From the IMG/VR virus record IMGVR_UViG_3300035498_000844, positions 9,842-73,841 of that record: 64,000 nt of DNA. The stretch is one strand, 5' to 3'. The stretch comes from a virus. Its lineage: Duplodnaviria; Caudoviricetes. The translations under genes were made by a program, and so were the position numbers. Under the pieces are notes generated by a model. It had not been told where the DNA came from. It saw only the letters and a program-made list of their open reading frames with translations, and did not search any database. This document shows positions 16,926-25,799 of the stretch, one piece after another; position 1 is the stretch's first letter, and every line of letters begins with the position of its first letter.

Positions 16926-17363
16926 TTTTATTTCCTTCCTTTCTTGTCTGTTTCCTTACCTTGTAAATACATTATAGCATTGTCGTTTAAGAAAAGCAAT
17001 AGGCAAATTGCACAAAGATTCAATTATAACTTTGTGCAACTTTTTCTTAATTTATGTTTTCATGATAATGCACTTTAGGGAAAATTTTAATTGGCAAAAT
17101 GAACAAAACAACTGCGAAAAAATTGTGCATTATTACTATTGACAAGGCAAGTCGGCTCGCATTGACTGTGCGCGAGCCGAGCAATTGAGGGTAGCTGCTA
17201 GAAAGCAAAGAGAAAAATCGTGTAAAGAACCTGACGTACTCGCGCAATAAAGGGGGCGTATATTTCGGGAAAATAAAAATTTCGATCGTTAGATTGGGTT
17301 TTGCCTGAACAAAAAAATCTCCAAAAGTATTTTCAAAATCAAAACACGAATCTTAAATAATTT

Positions 17364-17471
17364 TTAATCCTTAACTTTAGCTTCTTTTAATAGCTCTTCC
17401 GCATTTCTTTCATATATTCAGACATTTTAATATATCTATTTGTGTTTGTTGTCTTTGAAAAATTCTATCAT
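17364..17471 (-). pseudogene. small ORF with two apparent repeat-contraction frameshifts
   Basis: MIEFF / QRQQTQIDILKCLNI / YERNAEELLKEAKVKD*; breaks fall at a T5 run and an (AT)n tract. Confidence 0.35.
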
Positions 17472-17474
17472 ATT

Positions 17475-17636
17475 TTATTCCTCTTCCATTGCCACTTTAG
17501 CAATTGTTCCAATAATCTGAATTAATAAATCTTCTTGTTTTACATTTTTTCCAATTAATAAACTTTTTCTATTAGCCATATCTGTAAATTTTTCAATAAG
17601 ATATTTTACATTAATTTCTTTTTCATATAAGAGCAT
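17475..17636 (-). CDS. 53-aa hypothetical protein (absent from ORF track)
   Basis: MLLYEKEINVKYLIEKFTDM...AKVAMEEE; overlaps the stop of the upstream gene. Confidence 0.6.
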   Translation of the reverse strand: MLLYEKEINVKYLIEKFTDMANRKSLLIGKNVKQEDLLIQIIGTIAKVAMEEE

Positions 17637-17865
17637 CCTTTATTTTCTTTTTCCAAGGTCTTCTTTTTCTCTCTAATTCCCATCTCATTTCCATTAATTG
17701 AGCTTCCGCAACATCAAAGCAATTACCAGTGTCAGTCCAATAAGGCATTTCAGGGTATAAACTATCTGCAGCCTGTTCCAATTCAGTAGCAAGTAATTCA
17801 AAATATTTTGCTTTCCCGCGATACTCATTATATTCATCTTCATTTACAAAAATCATCTGTCCCAT
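17623..17865 (-). CDS. hypothetical protein
   Basis: MGQMIFVNEDEY... after GAGG RBS. Confidence 0.6.
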   Translation of the reverse strand: MGQMIFVNEDEYNEYRGKAKYFELLATELEQAADSLYPEMPYWTDTGNCFDVAEAQLMEMRWELERKRRPWKKKIKDALI

Positions 17866-17985
17866 TTTTATTTTAACCTCTTCCCATAATCGCGCGGTTT
17901 TGTTCCCCACATCAATTCATATAATCCTCTAGTGGCGATTTTCTTTGGCGAAGGTAGTCCCTTCTTATATAAATTAACTCCTTTT

Positions 17986-18315
17986 TTATTGTATGATAGT
18001 GCCATGTTTTCCCTCCATTCTAAATTGCATAATTAATCTTTTTAATATTTGATTATTTCCATCATTATAAGCTACAATATAATCTGCGGTTTGGACAATT
18101 TTTCTTAATAACTTCTCAACATTCGCTTCAAATAAAAATTCAACTGGTGCGCCATTTTGAATTGCCCATTGATAACTAATACTTTGTTTCACAGAATCTT
18201 GATCTTGTCCGCCGCATACCACAGTAAAAAGAAAGCATTGGCTATCTTCAATTAATTTATTCATAGTTACGGAGAGCTAATCAAAGCCCCATGGGCCTAG
18301 AATTACAATCTTCAT
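17986..18315 (-). pseudogene. SLOG-like (YspA/DUF2493-like) protein with in-frame TAG at codon 13
   Basis: ATG at 18315 overlaps the upstream TGA; MKIVILGPWGFD*LSVTMNKLIEDSQCFLFTVVCGG... continues in frame. Confidence 0.5.
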
Positions 18316-18761
18316 AACAGCTCCCGCGGTATATAAATAATTAGTTTATTTTGTTTCTTTGCATATTCAATAGTATCGTATGTTCCACCATACGGCTGCC
18401 CATCCCAAACTGCAAATAAAATATCACAATTATCTACCATGTAGCAATCTCTTTTATAAAAACAATCCTGTGAATATTTATCTTGAAGAGTAATTAAACT
18501 GATTGCTTGTTTCATAATATAAAGTTCATCTTGATGGTATCTTTTTCTTTTATAAGGAAAAACACAATAAACAGGCATATTTAATTTTAGACATTGTAAA
18601 GCAAAGATTTGATCAGCTCCCATTGCCATTCCATTATATGCGGCTGTTATTTTTTCTTCTTGCTCTTGTAATTTATTTAATTGGTCATATAACCATTGAC
18701 CAATAATGGCTTCTTGTCCCTTAAGTCTTTCTGGTCTATGACCTGTAACTGCAATTTTCAT
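18312..18761 (-). CDS. SLOG-superfamily protein (YspA/DUF1273-like)
   Basis: MKIAVTGHRP, GMAMGADQIFA, RDCYMVDNCDILFAVWDG..GGTYDTIEYAK. Confidence 0.85.
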   Translation of the reverse strand: MKIAVTGHRPERLKGQEAIIGQWLYDQLNKLQEQEEKITAAYNGMAMGADQIFALQCLKLNMPVYCVFPYKRKRYHQDELYIMKQAISLITLQDKYSQDCFYKRDCYMVDNCDILFAVWDGQPYGGTYDTIEYAKKQNKLIIYIPRELL

Positions 18762-18901
18762 TCTTCTAACTCCTTATACATTTTTAACTCAGAAAGCCAA
18801 TCTCTCAACTGCAAATGCTCTAAAGCGCATTCTTCACAACCTTTTTCTTTTTGCTCATTATATTTTTCTTCGCAATGTTTAATTGCTTCATCTAATGTCA
18901 T
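18758..18901 (-). CDS. 47-aa phage protein (absent from ORF track)
   Basis: MTLDEAIKHCEE...CEECALEHLQLRDWLSELK; GGAGG RBS; ATGA overlap with the next gene. Confidence 0.7.
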   Translation of the reverse strand: MTLDEAIKHCEEKYNEQKEKGCEECALEHLQLRDWLSELKMYKELEE

Positions 18902-18928
18902 TTTGCGGAAACCTCCCTTCGTGGCGCC

Positions 18929-19219
18929 TTACACCTCGCTTCCCGCATCTTCTAATATATGCCAAATATATCCATTATCATTAACCATTCCAATATAAAT
19001 AAAAATTTTATTTTCTGGGATCGCCCATCCGGTTCCTAAAATATAAAATTTTCTTTCTTCTTCCTCTTCTTCCTCACTATCTATATAAGCCCAAAGACAA
19101 ATATTATAATTCATATCTAAACCACAATTTACTAGATCAGCATTTTTAGGCATATTAATTTTTATTAAGTTATCTGAAGGATTTCTTCTTTTTAATGGAT
19201 ATTTATAAATTGTTTTCAT
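18929..19219 (-). CDS. hypothetical protein
   Basis: MKTIYKYPL...CLWAYID...FYILGTG; GGAGAG RBS. Confidence 0.7.
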   Translation of the reverse strand: MKTIYKYPLKRRNPSDNLIKINMPKNADLVNCGLDMNYNICLWAYIDSEEEEEEERKFYILGTGWAIPENKIFIYIGMVNDNGYIWHILEDAGSEV

Positions 19220-19252
19220 TTCATCATCTCTCCTTTTGTTTTTTCTAATTAT

Positions 19253-19330
19253 ATTATATAAAAAATTTTTAATAAAATCAATCAATTTTCTTAAATCGAG
19301 TTTGACAAAGAAAAAATTTTATGATATACT
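19253..19330. promoter_or_regulatory. back-to-back divergent sigmaA promoters (early block vs morphogenesis block)
   Basis: Minus: TTGATT-17-TATAAT (19253-19281); plus: TTGACA-17-TATACT (19302-19330). Confidence 0.75.
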
Positions 19331-19359
19331 ATAATTAAGACGTAGAAAGGAGAGCTTTT

Positions 19360-20535
19360 ATGGCAAATTTAGAAGAAGATGCGCTCTATGAAGAGGAAGA
19401 AAATGATATAGAAAATGCGGATTTGGATAAATCAATAGAAGAAAAAATTGTTGAAGAAAATATTAAACCAACAAGGAAATTAGATTATACACTCGCAACC
19501 CCGCAAGAGCGCAATGAATTAGTCAAAAAGATTATAGATGAAACTCCTCCTGAACAGCTTACTAATAGATACTTAGAAATTTTAACCGATTATATAATTT
19601 TCGCTATGGATAAAGAAGAGCGAAAACAGAAAAAAATCTTAACTGATAATAGAATGGTAACTGTTAACAAAAGAGAGACATCTTTCCAAGGCTTAGCAAG
19701 TAAACTTGAAAATGGAGAAGACGGCATCTATAATATGATTGCAAATGATAAAAATATCATTTTTACACCTAAAGTATCAATTACACAAGAAGATATTGCG
19801 GCGATCCCTGCTTTAAAGCGCCTCAGAACTGCTATCGAAGAGGTAGAGGAACAGGAAAAAGCGGCAACGGGCAAGCGCAAGTTTTTATTAAAAAAACAAT
19901 TAATTGAAATGCGCCAAGACCAATATGTTATAAAAAATTCTTATCATCAACCTATCTATTGCATGAATGCAATTAAAAGTTTTTCAAAATTACAACTTGA
20001 TGAAACTATTAAAATAGTAGATAATGAGCCAGTTAGTAATGGATTAATTTCATTATTTAATCCAAAACATATTTCTGCGCTTTTGTGTAATTATTCAAAA
20101 TTAAAAGAAGATTCTTGGGGAAAGTTTTGGAGTGATTCATATTTTTTAATGGAAGATTTAGATAATTTAATTGAAGAAACTTTAAAAGATAAATATCCAT
20201 TATATTATGATTTACTTATCTATAAAATTGATGGTAAACAAAATATAGAAATTCAAGAACTTTTAAATGAAAAGCATGGAATTAAGCATTCAGTTGAATA
20301 TATTTCATCTTTATGGAGAAATAAAATTCCTAAGCTATTGGCGGAACAAGCACAAAAAGATTATTTAGTTTGGTATTATACTACTCAAGAATATGGTAAA
20401 TGGAAAAAATGTTCAAGATGTGGGAAAATTAAATTAGCTCATAATAAGTTTTTTTCAAAAAATAAGACCGCAAAAGATGGCTACTACAGTATATGCAAGG
20501 TATGTCGCAACAAGAAGTCTGGATCAAAAAAATAG
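19360..20535 (+). CDS. putative DNA-binding protein with HTH/sigma-region-4-like segment and C-terminal Zn ribbon
   Basis: LLIYKIDGKQNIEIQELLNEKHGIKHSVEYISSLWRNKIPKLL; CSRC...CKVC. Confidence 0.55.
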   Translation: MANLEEDALYEEEENDIENADLDKSIEEKIVEENIKPTRKLDYTLATPQERNELVKKIIDETPPEQLTNRYLEILTDYIIFAMDKEERKQKKILTDNRMVTVNKRETSFQGLASKLENGEDGIYNMIANDKNIIFTPKVSITQEDIAAIPALKRLRTAIEEVEEQEKAATGKRKFLLKKQLIEMRQDQYVIKNSYHQPIYCMNAIKSFSKLQLDETIKIVDNEPVSNGLISLFNPKHISALLCNYSKLKEDSWGKFWSDSYFLMEDLDNLIEETLKDKYPLYYDLLIYKIDGKQNIEIQELLNEKHGIKHSVEYISSLWRNKIPKLLAEQAQKDYLVWYYTTQEYGKWKKCSRCGKIKLAHNKFFSKNKTAKDGYYSICKVCRNKKSGSKK

Positions 20536-20597
20536 TACTCTTTATGTAAAAAATGTTGCAAATAAATTCATAAAAATATTATAAAGGAGGAATTTTT

Positions 20598-21794
20598 ATG
20601 CCAAGTTGTGTATGTTCAAAATGCGGCAAATCAATGGATGAAAAAAATTTTTATACCTATAAAGATGGTAGAAAAACTGAACTTTGTAAAAAATGTTTGA
20701 CTATGCATATTGATAACTTTGACCCAGATACCTATCTTTGGATATTAGAAGACATGGATGTTCCTTATGTCCCAGAAGAATGGAATGTATTAAGAGATAA
20801 GGCTTATGCCAAAGATCCTTATGGAATGAATGGAATGTCCGTTATTGGAAAATATCTTTCCAAAATGAAATTAAAGCAATGGAAAGAATATGGATGGGCG
20901 GATGGCGAAAAACTTCGCGCGCAGAATGAGCAAAAAGCTAAATTAGCTATTGAAACTCAAAAACAATTTGAAGAAGAAGTAAAAGAGCAGTATGAAAAAG
21001 GAGAAATATCAGAGGCTCAATATAAAACATTAGTTAGTACCGAAACTCAGCATGCGGAAATGCCGCATATGGCGCCACAGAATCCGATTGGAGAAAATAA
21101 CTTTTATAATGAAAATAATTTTATGAAAGAAGAAGATCTAGTAGACCCTGCCGCAGAATTAACTGCAGATGATAAGATTTATCTTGCGATGAAATGGGGA
21201 AGACTATATAAGCCTAACGAATGGGTTGATCTTGAAAAAAAATATAATGAAATGATGAACTCTTTTGATATTCAAGATTCTGATACTATTGGAACCCTGA
21301 TTCTTATCTGTAAAACTTATTTAAAAATGAACCAGGCAATCGATTGTGGCGATATGGATGGATATCAAAAACTTTCAAGAGTGTATGATTCTTTACGCAA
21401 ATCCGCAAAATTTACCGCAGTTCAAAATAAAGAACAAAAGAACGAATTTGTTGATTCTGTTGGTGAGATGGTTGCCTATTGTGAAAAATATGGTGGACAA
21501 ATTCCAAAATATGAAATTAAAGTTAATTATGATATAGTTGATAAAGTAATCAATGATTTAAAAGGATATACTCGTTCTTTAATTTATGAAGATACTGCGC
21601 TTGCTAGACAAATTGAGGACTATATCAAAAAGCGTGAAAATGCGGAGAGCATGAAAAAAGATAAAGAATTAGCAAAAGAGCAAGGATTAGATGAAGTTCA
21701 AATTAATGATGAAGATATACAGCTTCATAAAGAAATGATTCATCAAGAAAAGCTTGCGGATGAAGCTAGTTATTATGAGGAGGATAATTCATGA
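20598..21794 (+). CDS. probable terminase small subunit (N-terminal Zn finger)
   Basis: CSKC...CKKC; ATGA overlap with TerL; assigned by position. Confidence 0.5.
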   Translation: MPSCVCSKCGKSMDEKNFYTYKDGRKTELCKKCLTMHIDNFDPDTYLWILEDMDVPYVPEEWNVLRDKAYAKDPYGMNGMSVIGKYLSKMKLKQWKEYGWADGEKLRAQNEQKAKLAIETQKQFEEEVKEQYEKGEISEAQYKTLVSTETQHAEMPHMAPQNPIGENNFYNENNFMKEEDLVDPAAELTADDKIYLAMKWGRLYKPNEWVDLEKKYNEMMNSFDIQDSDTIGTLILICKTYLKMNQAIDCGDMDGYQKLSRVYDSLRKSAKFTAVQNKEQKNEFVDSVGEMVAYCEKYGGQIPKYEIKVNYDIVDKVINDLKGYTRSLIYEDTALARQIEDYIKKRENAESMKKDKELAKEQGLDEVQINDEDIQLHKEMIHQEKLADEASYYEEDNS

Positions 21795-23533
21795 GTCTAC
21801 AAAATCTAATGGAACTATCCATTTCATATAATCAAAAAGTAGGCTTATCTGAAGAGCGCTTAAAAGCTCAAATTGGGAATTTAAGAATTCAAATATCTTT
21901 TTATAGAGAATATCCGGACCTTTTAGTAGATTTTATGAAAGGCCCGGATAGTACTTTTAATTTTTATTTTTATCAGCGGGTTTTTATTAGAATTGTTATG
22001 CGTCATAGATATGTATATGCGACCTTCCCGCGAGCATATTCTAAATCTTTTTTATCTATGATGGTATTAATGCTTAGATGTATATTGTATCCAGGAGCTA
22101 ATCTTTTTGTAACCACTGGCGGAAAAGAGCAGGCTGCATCTATTACTATTGCAAAGATTGAAGAAATATGTCGATTGATACCAGCACTTAATAATGAAAT
22201 TAACTGGGATCGCGGCGTTTCAACAAAATCAAAAGACAATGTAAAATATGTATTTAAAAATGGTTCTTCTATTGATATTCTTGCAGCAAAAGAATCGTCA
22301 AGAGGTCAGCGTAGAACAGGCGGATTAATGGAGGAGTGCGTTCTTATTGATCAAACTGCATTAAATGAAATTATTATTCCTACGACCAATGTAAATAGAC
22401 TTTTACCAGATGGAACTAGACATAATGAAGAAAATGTAAATAAGTCTCAAATTTACATTACAACTGCGGGTTGGAAAAATTCATTTGCATATGATAAATT
22501 AATTGAATTATTAATACAATCTATTATTGATCCAGATATGGTTATGGTTATGGGTGGAACTTATGAGACTCCTGTAACAGAAGGATTATTAGATGAAGAT
22601 TTTGTAGATCAATTAAAATTACAAGGCACTTTTAATGAAGACTCATTTGATCGAGAATATAGAAGTATTTGGTCTGGAGATGCAGAAAATGCATTTTTCT
22701 CTGCTGAAAAATTTGATAAACATAGAGTTTTATTACAGCCAGAGTATGAATATAGTGGAAGAAGTAGTAAGAGCGCTTATTATATATTAGGTGTCGATGT
22801 TGGACGTTTTAAGTGTACCACAGAGGTATCTCCTATCAAAGTAACTCCGCAAGTTCAAGGATCCGCATTAAAAACCGTAGTTAATTTTTATACTTATGAT
22901 GCAGAAGATTTTGAAGTTCAAGCTATAAATATTAAAAAATTATATTATAAATATAAAGCTAGACAAGTTGTTATTGATGCCAATGGTCTTGGTGCTGGTC
23001 TTATTGATTTCATGACAAAAGCGCAAATAGATCCGGAAACTGGTGAAACTCTCCCTCCATTTGGAGTGTCTGGCGGAACTGCAGAAGATGCAACAGAACC
23101 ATATAAAAAGATTAAAGGCACTGATGTTGAAAATGATGCAATGTTTTTAATAAAAGCAAATGCCGCGATTAATACTGAAGCGCATACATATGTTCAAACG
23201 CAAATGTATAGTGGAAAGATAAAATTCTTAATAGATGAAAGCCAAGCAAAAACAAAATTAATGTCAACTAAAGTTGGTCAGAATATGAGTGTTGACCAAA
23301 GAAATGATTATTTGAGACCTTTTGTTTTAACAACAGCTTTAAGAGAGCAACTTTTAAATCTAGTAGAAGAAAACGAAGGAATTAATATTATTTTAAAACA
23401 ATCAACAAGAAGTATTAAGAAGGACAAGTTCTCTGCTTTTGAATATGGATTATATTATATTAAACAAGAAGAAGATAGGAAGAAAAAGAAGAGAAAAAGA
23501 AATATTGCTGATTTTATGTTTTTTAATGGGTAA
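21791..23533 (+). CDS. terL: terminase large subunit
   Basis: Walker A-like FPRAYSKS, SRGQRR/GLMEE Walker B region, ITTAG motif III, RNase H-like nuclease ILGVDVGR, VIDANGLG and KDKFSA. Confidence 0.93.
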   Translation: MSLQNLMELSISYNQKVGLSEERLKAQIGNLRIQISFYREYPDLLVDFMKGPDSTFNFYFYQRVFIRIVMRHRYVYATFPRAYSKSFLSMMVLMLRCILYPGANLFVTTGGKEQAASITIAKIEEICRLIPALNNEINWDRGVSTKSKDNVKYVFKNGSSIDILAAKESSRGQRRTGGLMEECVLIDQTALNEIIIPTTNVNRLLPDGTRHNEENVNKSQIYITTAGWKNSFAYDKLIELLIQSIIDPDMVMVMGGTYETPVTEGLLDEDFVDQLKLQGTFNEDSFDREYRSIWSGDAENAFFSAEKFDKHRVLLQPEYEYSGRSSKSAYYILGVDVGRFKCTTEVSPIKVTPQVQGSALKTVVNFYTYDAEDFEVQAINIKKLYYKYKARQVVIDANGLGAGLIDFMTKAQIDPETGETLPPFGVSGGTAEDATEPYKKIKGTDVENDAMFLIKANAAINTEAHTYVQTQMYSGKIKFLIDESQAKTKLMSTKVGQNMSVDQRNDYLRPFVLTTALREQLLNLVEENEGINIILKQSTRSIKKDKFSAFEYGLYYIKQEEDRKKKKRKRNIADFMFFNG

Positions 23534-23609
23534 AAATAAAGGACAGAAGTTAATAAAGAATATAAAAATTTTTTTAAAATATATAGTGACTTAGAAAGGA
23601 AACTTTTCT

Positions 23610-23761
23610 ATGGACAGATACATTATTTATTTGCATAAAAATAAAATTAATAATAAAGTTTATGTAGGACAATGTTGTCTCGGAAAAAGAAAACCTCTGG
23701 AAGGCATCCTGTAACAGGTGAAAAACTTCATTGGAGGTACGAAGGAGGTGAGTTTCGTTGA
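23610..23761 (+). pseudogene. internally deleted GIY-YIG homing endonuclease remnant
   Basis: YIIYLHKNKINNKVYVGQ joined to CCLGKRK / TSGRHPVTGEKLHWRYE with one frameshift. Confidence 0.7.
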
Positions 23762-24114
23762 GGGCAAGTAGAGGAGAAATAAAAATTGAGGAAATTTTAA
23801 ATGATTCAGGATTAAATTTTAAAGAAGAGTATAGTTTTCCAGATTTAGTCAGTACAAGCGGTCGCCCTCTTCGATTTGACTTCGCTGTTTTTGACGATAA
23901 TGATGAATTAGATTTTTTAATAGAATATCAAGGGATACAACATTATGAAGCTAAGAGTAAATTTGGCGGAATTTCTGGATTAAGAAAACAACAGTATAAT
24001 GATATGCAGAAGCGCGAATACTGTATGAAACATAATATTACTCTTATAATTATTCCTTATTGGGATGAAGGTCGCGTAGATTATGATTATATAATGACTG
24101 CGGCAGGATACTAA
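23758..24114 (+). CDS. Vsr/DUF559-like PD-(D/E)XK endonuclease
   Basis: SRGE, LRFDFAVF, LIEYQGIQHY, NDMQKREYC..HNITLIIIPY. Confidence 0.75.
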   Translation: MRASRGEIKIEEILNDSGLNFKEEYSFPDLVSTSGRPLRFDFAVFDDNDELDFLIEYQGIQHYEAKSKFGGISGLRKQQYNDMQKREYCMKHNITLIIIPYWDEGRVDYDYIMTAAGY

Positions 24115-24134
24115 AAAATTTATTTTAGATCAAT

Positions 24135-24163
24135 TTGACAAGAACAGAAAATTATGGTATACT
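24135..24163 (+). promoter_or_regulatory. sigmaA-type promoter for the portal operon
   Basis: TTGACA-17-TATACT with extended TG. Confidence 0.75.
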
Positions 24164-24181
24164 ATAATTAGAAAGGTTAAG

Positions 24182-25783
24182 GTGTCTATCTTGATTAATA
24201 GAAAAGAAGAAATAAAGAAAAAAGGCTTTAACATGAGTCTTGCTCAAGACACCCCAGATATGTATGTTCCTAAGAATATTCCTAGTCCAGACTTTTCTAA
24301 AATAAAAGTAGGAATTAAATCTCTTGATGATGCAGTTTATCATTTAGGAGATTATAAAAAAATTAATCCTAGATTAGCAGATAAACAAACTGTTTTAAAA
24401 GCTATGCATATGGGGGATCTCCAAACTATGAAAGAAGTTTCTAATTTCTTTTATAAGACTAGCGGTATTTATTCTCGCTTATGTCGATATATGGCATATC
24501 TATATAGATATGATTGGATGATTACTCCATATGTAAATAGCGAAAGTGTTAAAGATGATAAAGTTTTAGATGGTTTTAATAAAGCTTTATTATATTTAGA
24601 TAATTTTGAAGTAAAACGCTTTTTTGGTGAAGTAGCTTTAAAAGTTTTACGAAATGGTTGCTATTATGGATATTTAATTTCACAAAATAATAGAATGGTA
24701 GTACAGGAATTGCCAACAGAATATTGTCGTTCGAGATTTTCTGTGAATCAGCGGCCTGCAGTTGAATTTAATATGAGATTTTTTGATGATACTTTTAGAG
24801 ATTCTATTCAAAGAATGAAAATGTTAAATTTATTTCCCGCAGAATTTAAAAAAGGATATATCGCTTATAAGGAAGGTCGTTTAATTCCAGATTTTCCTGG
24901 AGATACATCTGGTTGGTACTTATTAGAAACAAAAAATGTTATTAAATTTAATATCAATGGAGAAGATTATCCAGCTTTTATTTCTGTTATTCCAGCTATT
25001 ATAGACCTGGATGCCGCACAAGACTTAGACAGAAAAAAGATGGCGCAAAAACTGTTAAAAATTATTATTCAAAAAATGCCAATGGATAAAAATGGAGATC
25101 TAATCTTTGATGTTGATGAAGCTCAAGCTTTACATAATAATGCCGTTAAAATGTTGGGGAAAGCAATTGGTATTGATGTCTTAACTACGTTCGCAGATGT
25201 AGAAGTTGCGGATATGGCGGATAAAAATACTACAACTACCGTAGATGAATTAACTAAGGTAGAACGTACGGTTTATAATGAATCTGGTACTGCGCAGAAC
25301 TTATTTAATACTGATGGTAATATTGCTCTTGAAAAATCAATTATGAATGATGAAGCCGCAATGTATAATTTAATTGTTCAATTTGAATCGTTTTTAAACG
25401 ATTTATTAGCTCCTTTTAATAAAAATCCAAAAAAGGTTTTTTATAGAGCGCAAATATTAACTACAACAATATATAATTATAAAGATATGGCTAAATTATA
25501 TAAAGAACAAACTCAATTAGGTTACTCAAAGATGCTTCCGCAAATTGCACTTGGACAGTCTCAAAGCTCTATTTTAGCTAATGCTTATTTTGAAAATGAT
25601 ATTCTTGATTTAGTTAATGTATTTATTCCACCTTTAATGTCTAGCACAATGAATGCAGATATGTTAAATAGAAAGTCTAACTCAAATAATTCTTCAAATG
25701 GTAATGGGGAAGTGGGCAGAAATGAAAAAGAAGATTCAGAAAAATCTGATAAAACTATAGCTAATCGAGAAAGTATGAATTAA
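24182..25783 (+). CDS. portal protein
   Basis: 533 aa, between TerL and protease; helical content. Confidence 0.8.
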   Translation: MSILINRKEEIKKKGFNMSLAQDTPDMYVPKNIPSPDFSKIKVGIKSLDDAVYHLGDYKKINPRLADKQTVLKAMHMGDLQTMKEVSNFFYKTSGIYSRLCRYMAYLYRYDWMITPYVNSESVKDDKVLDGFNKALLYLDNFEVKRFFGEVALKVLRNGCYYGYLISQNNRMVVQELPTEYCRSRFSVNQRPAVEFNMRFFDDTFRDSIQRMKMLNLFPAEFKKGYIAYKEGRLIPDFPGDTSGWYLLETKNVIKFNINGEDYPAFISVIPAIIDLDAAQDLDRKKMAQKLLKIIIQKMPMDKNGDLIFDVDEAQALHNNAVKMLGKAIGIDVLTTFADVEVADMADKNTTTTVDELTKVERTVYNESGTAQNLFNTDGNIALEKSIMNDEAAMYNLIVQFESFLNDLLAPFNKNPKKVFYRAQILTTTIYNYKDMAKLYKEQTQLGYSKMLPQIALGQSQSSILANAYFENDILDLVNVFIPPLMSSTMNADMLNRKSNSNNSSNGNGEVGRNEKEDSEKSDKTIANRESMN

Positions 25784-25799
25784 TTGAAAGGAGAAGCAA

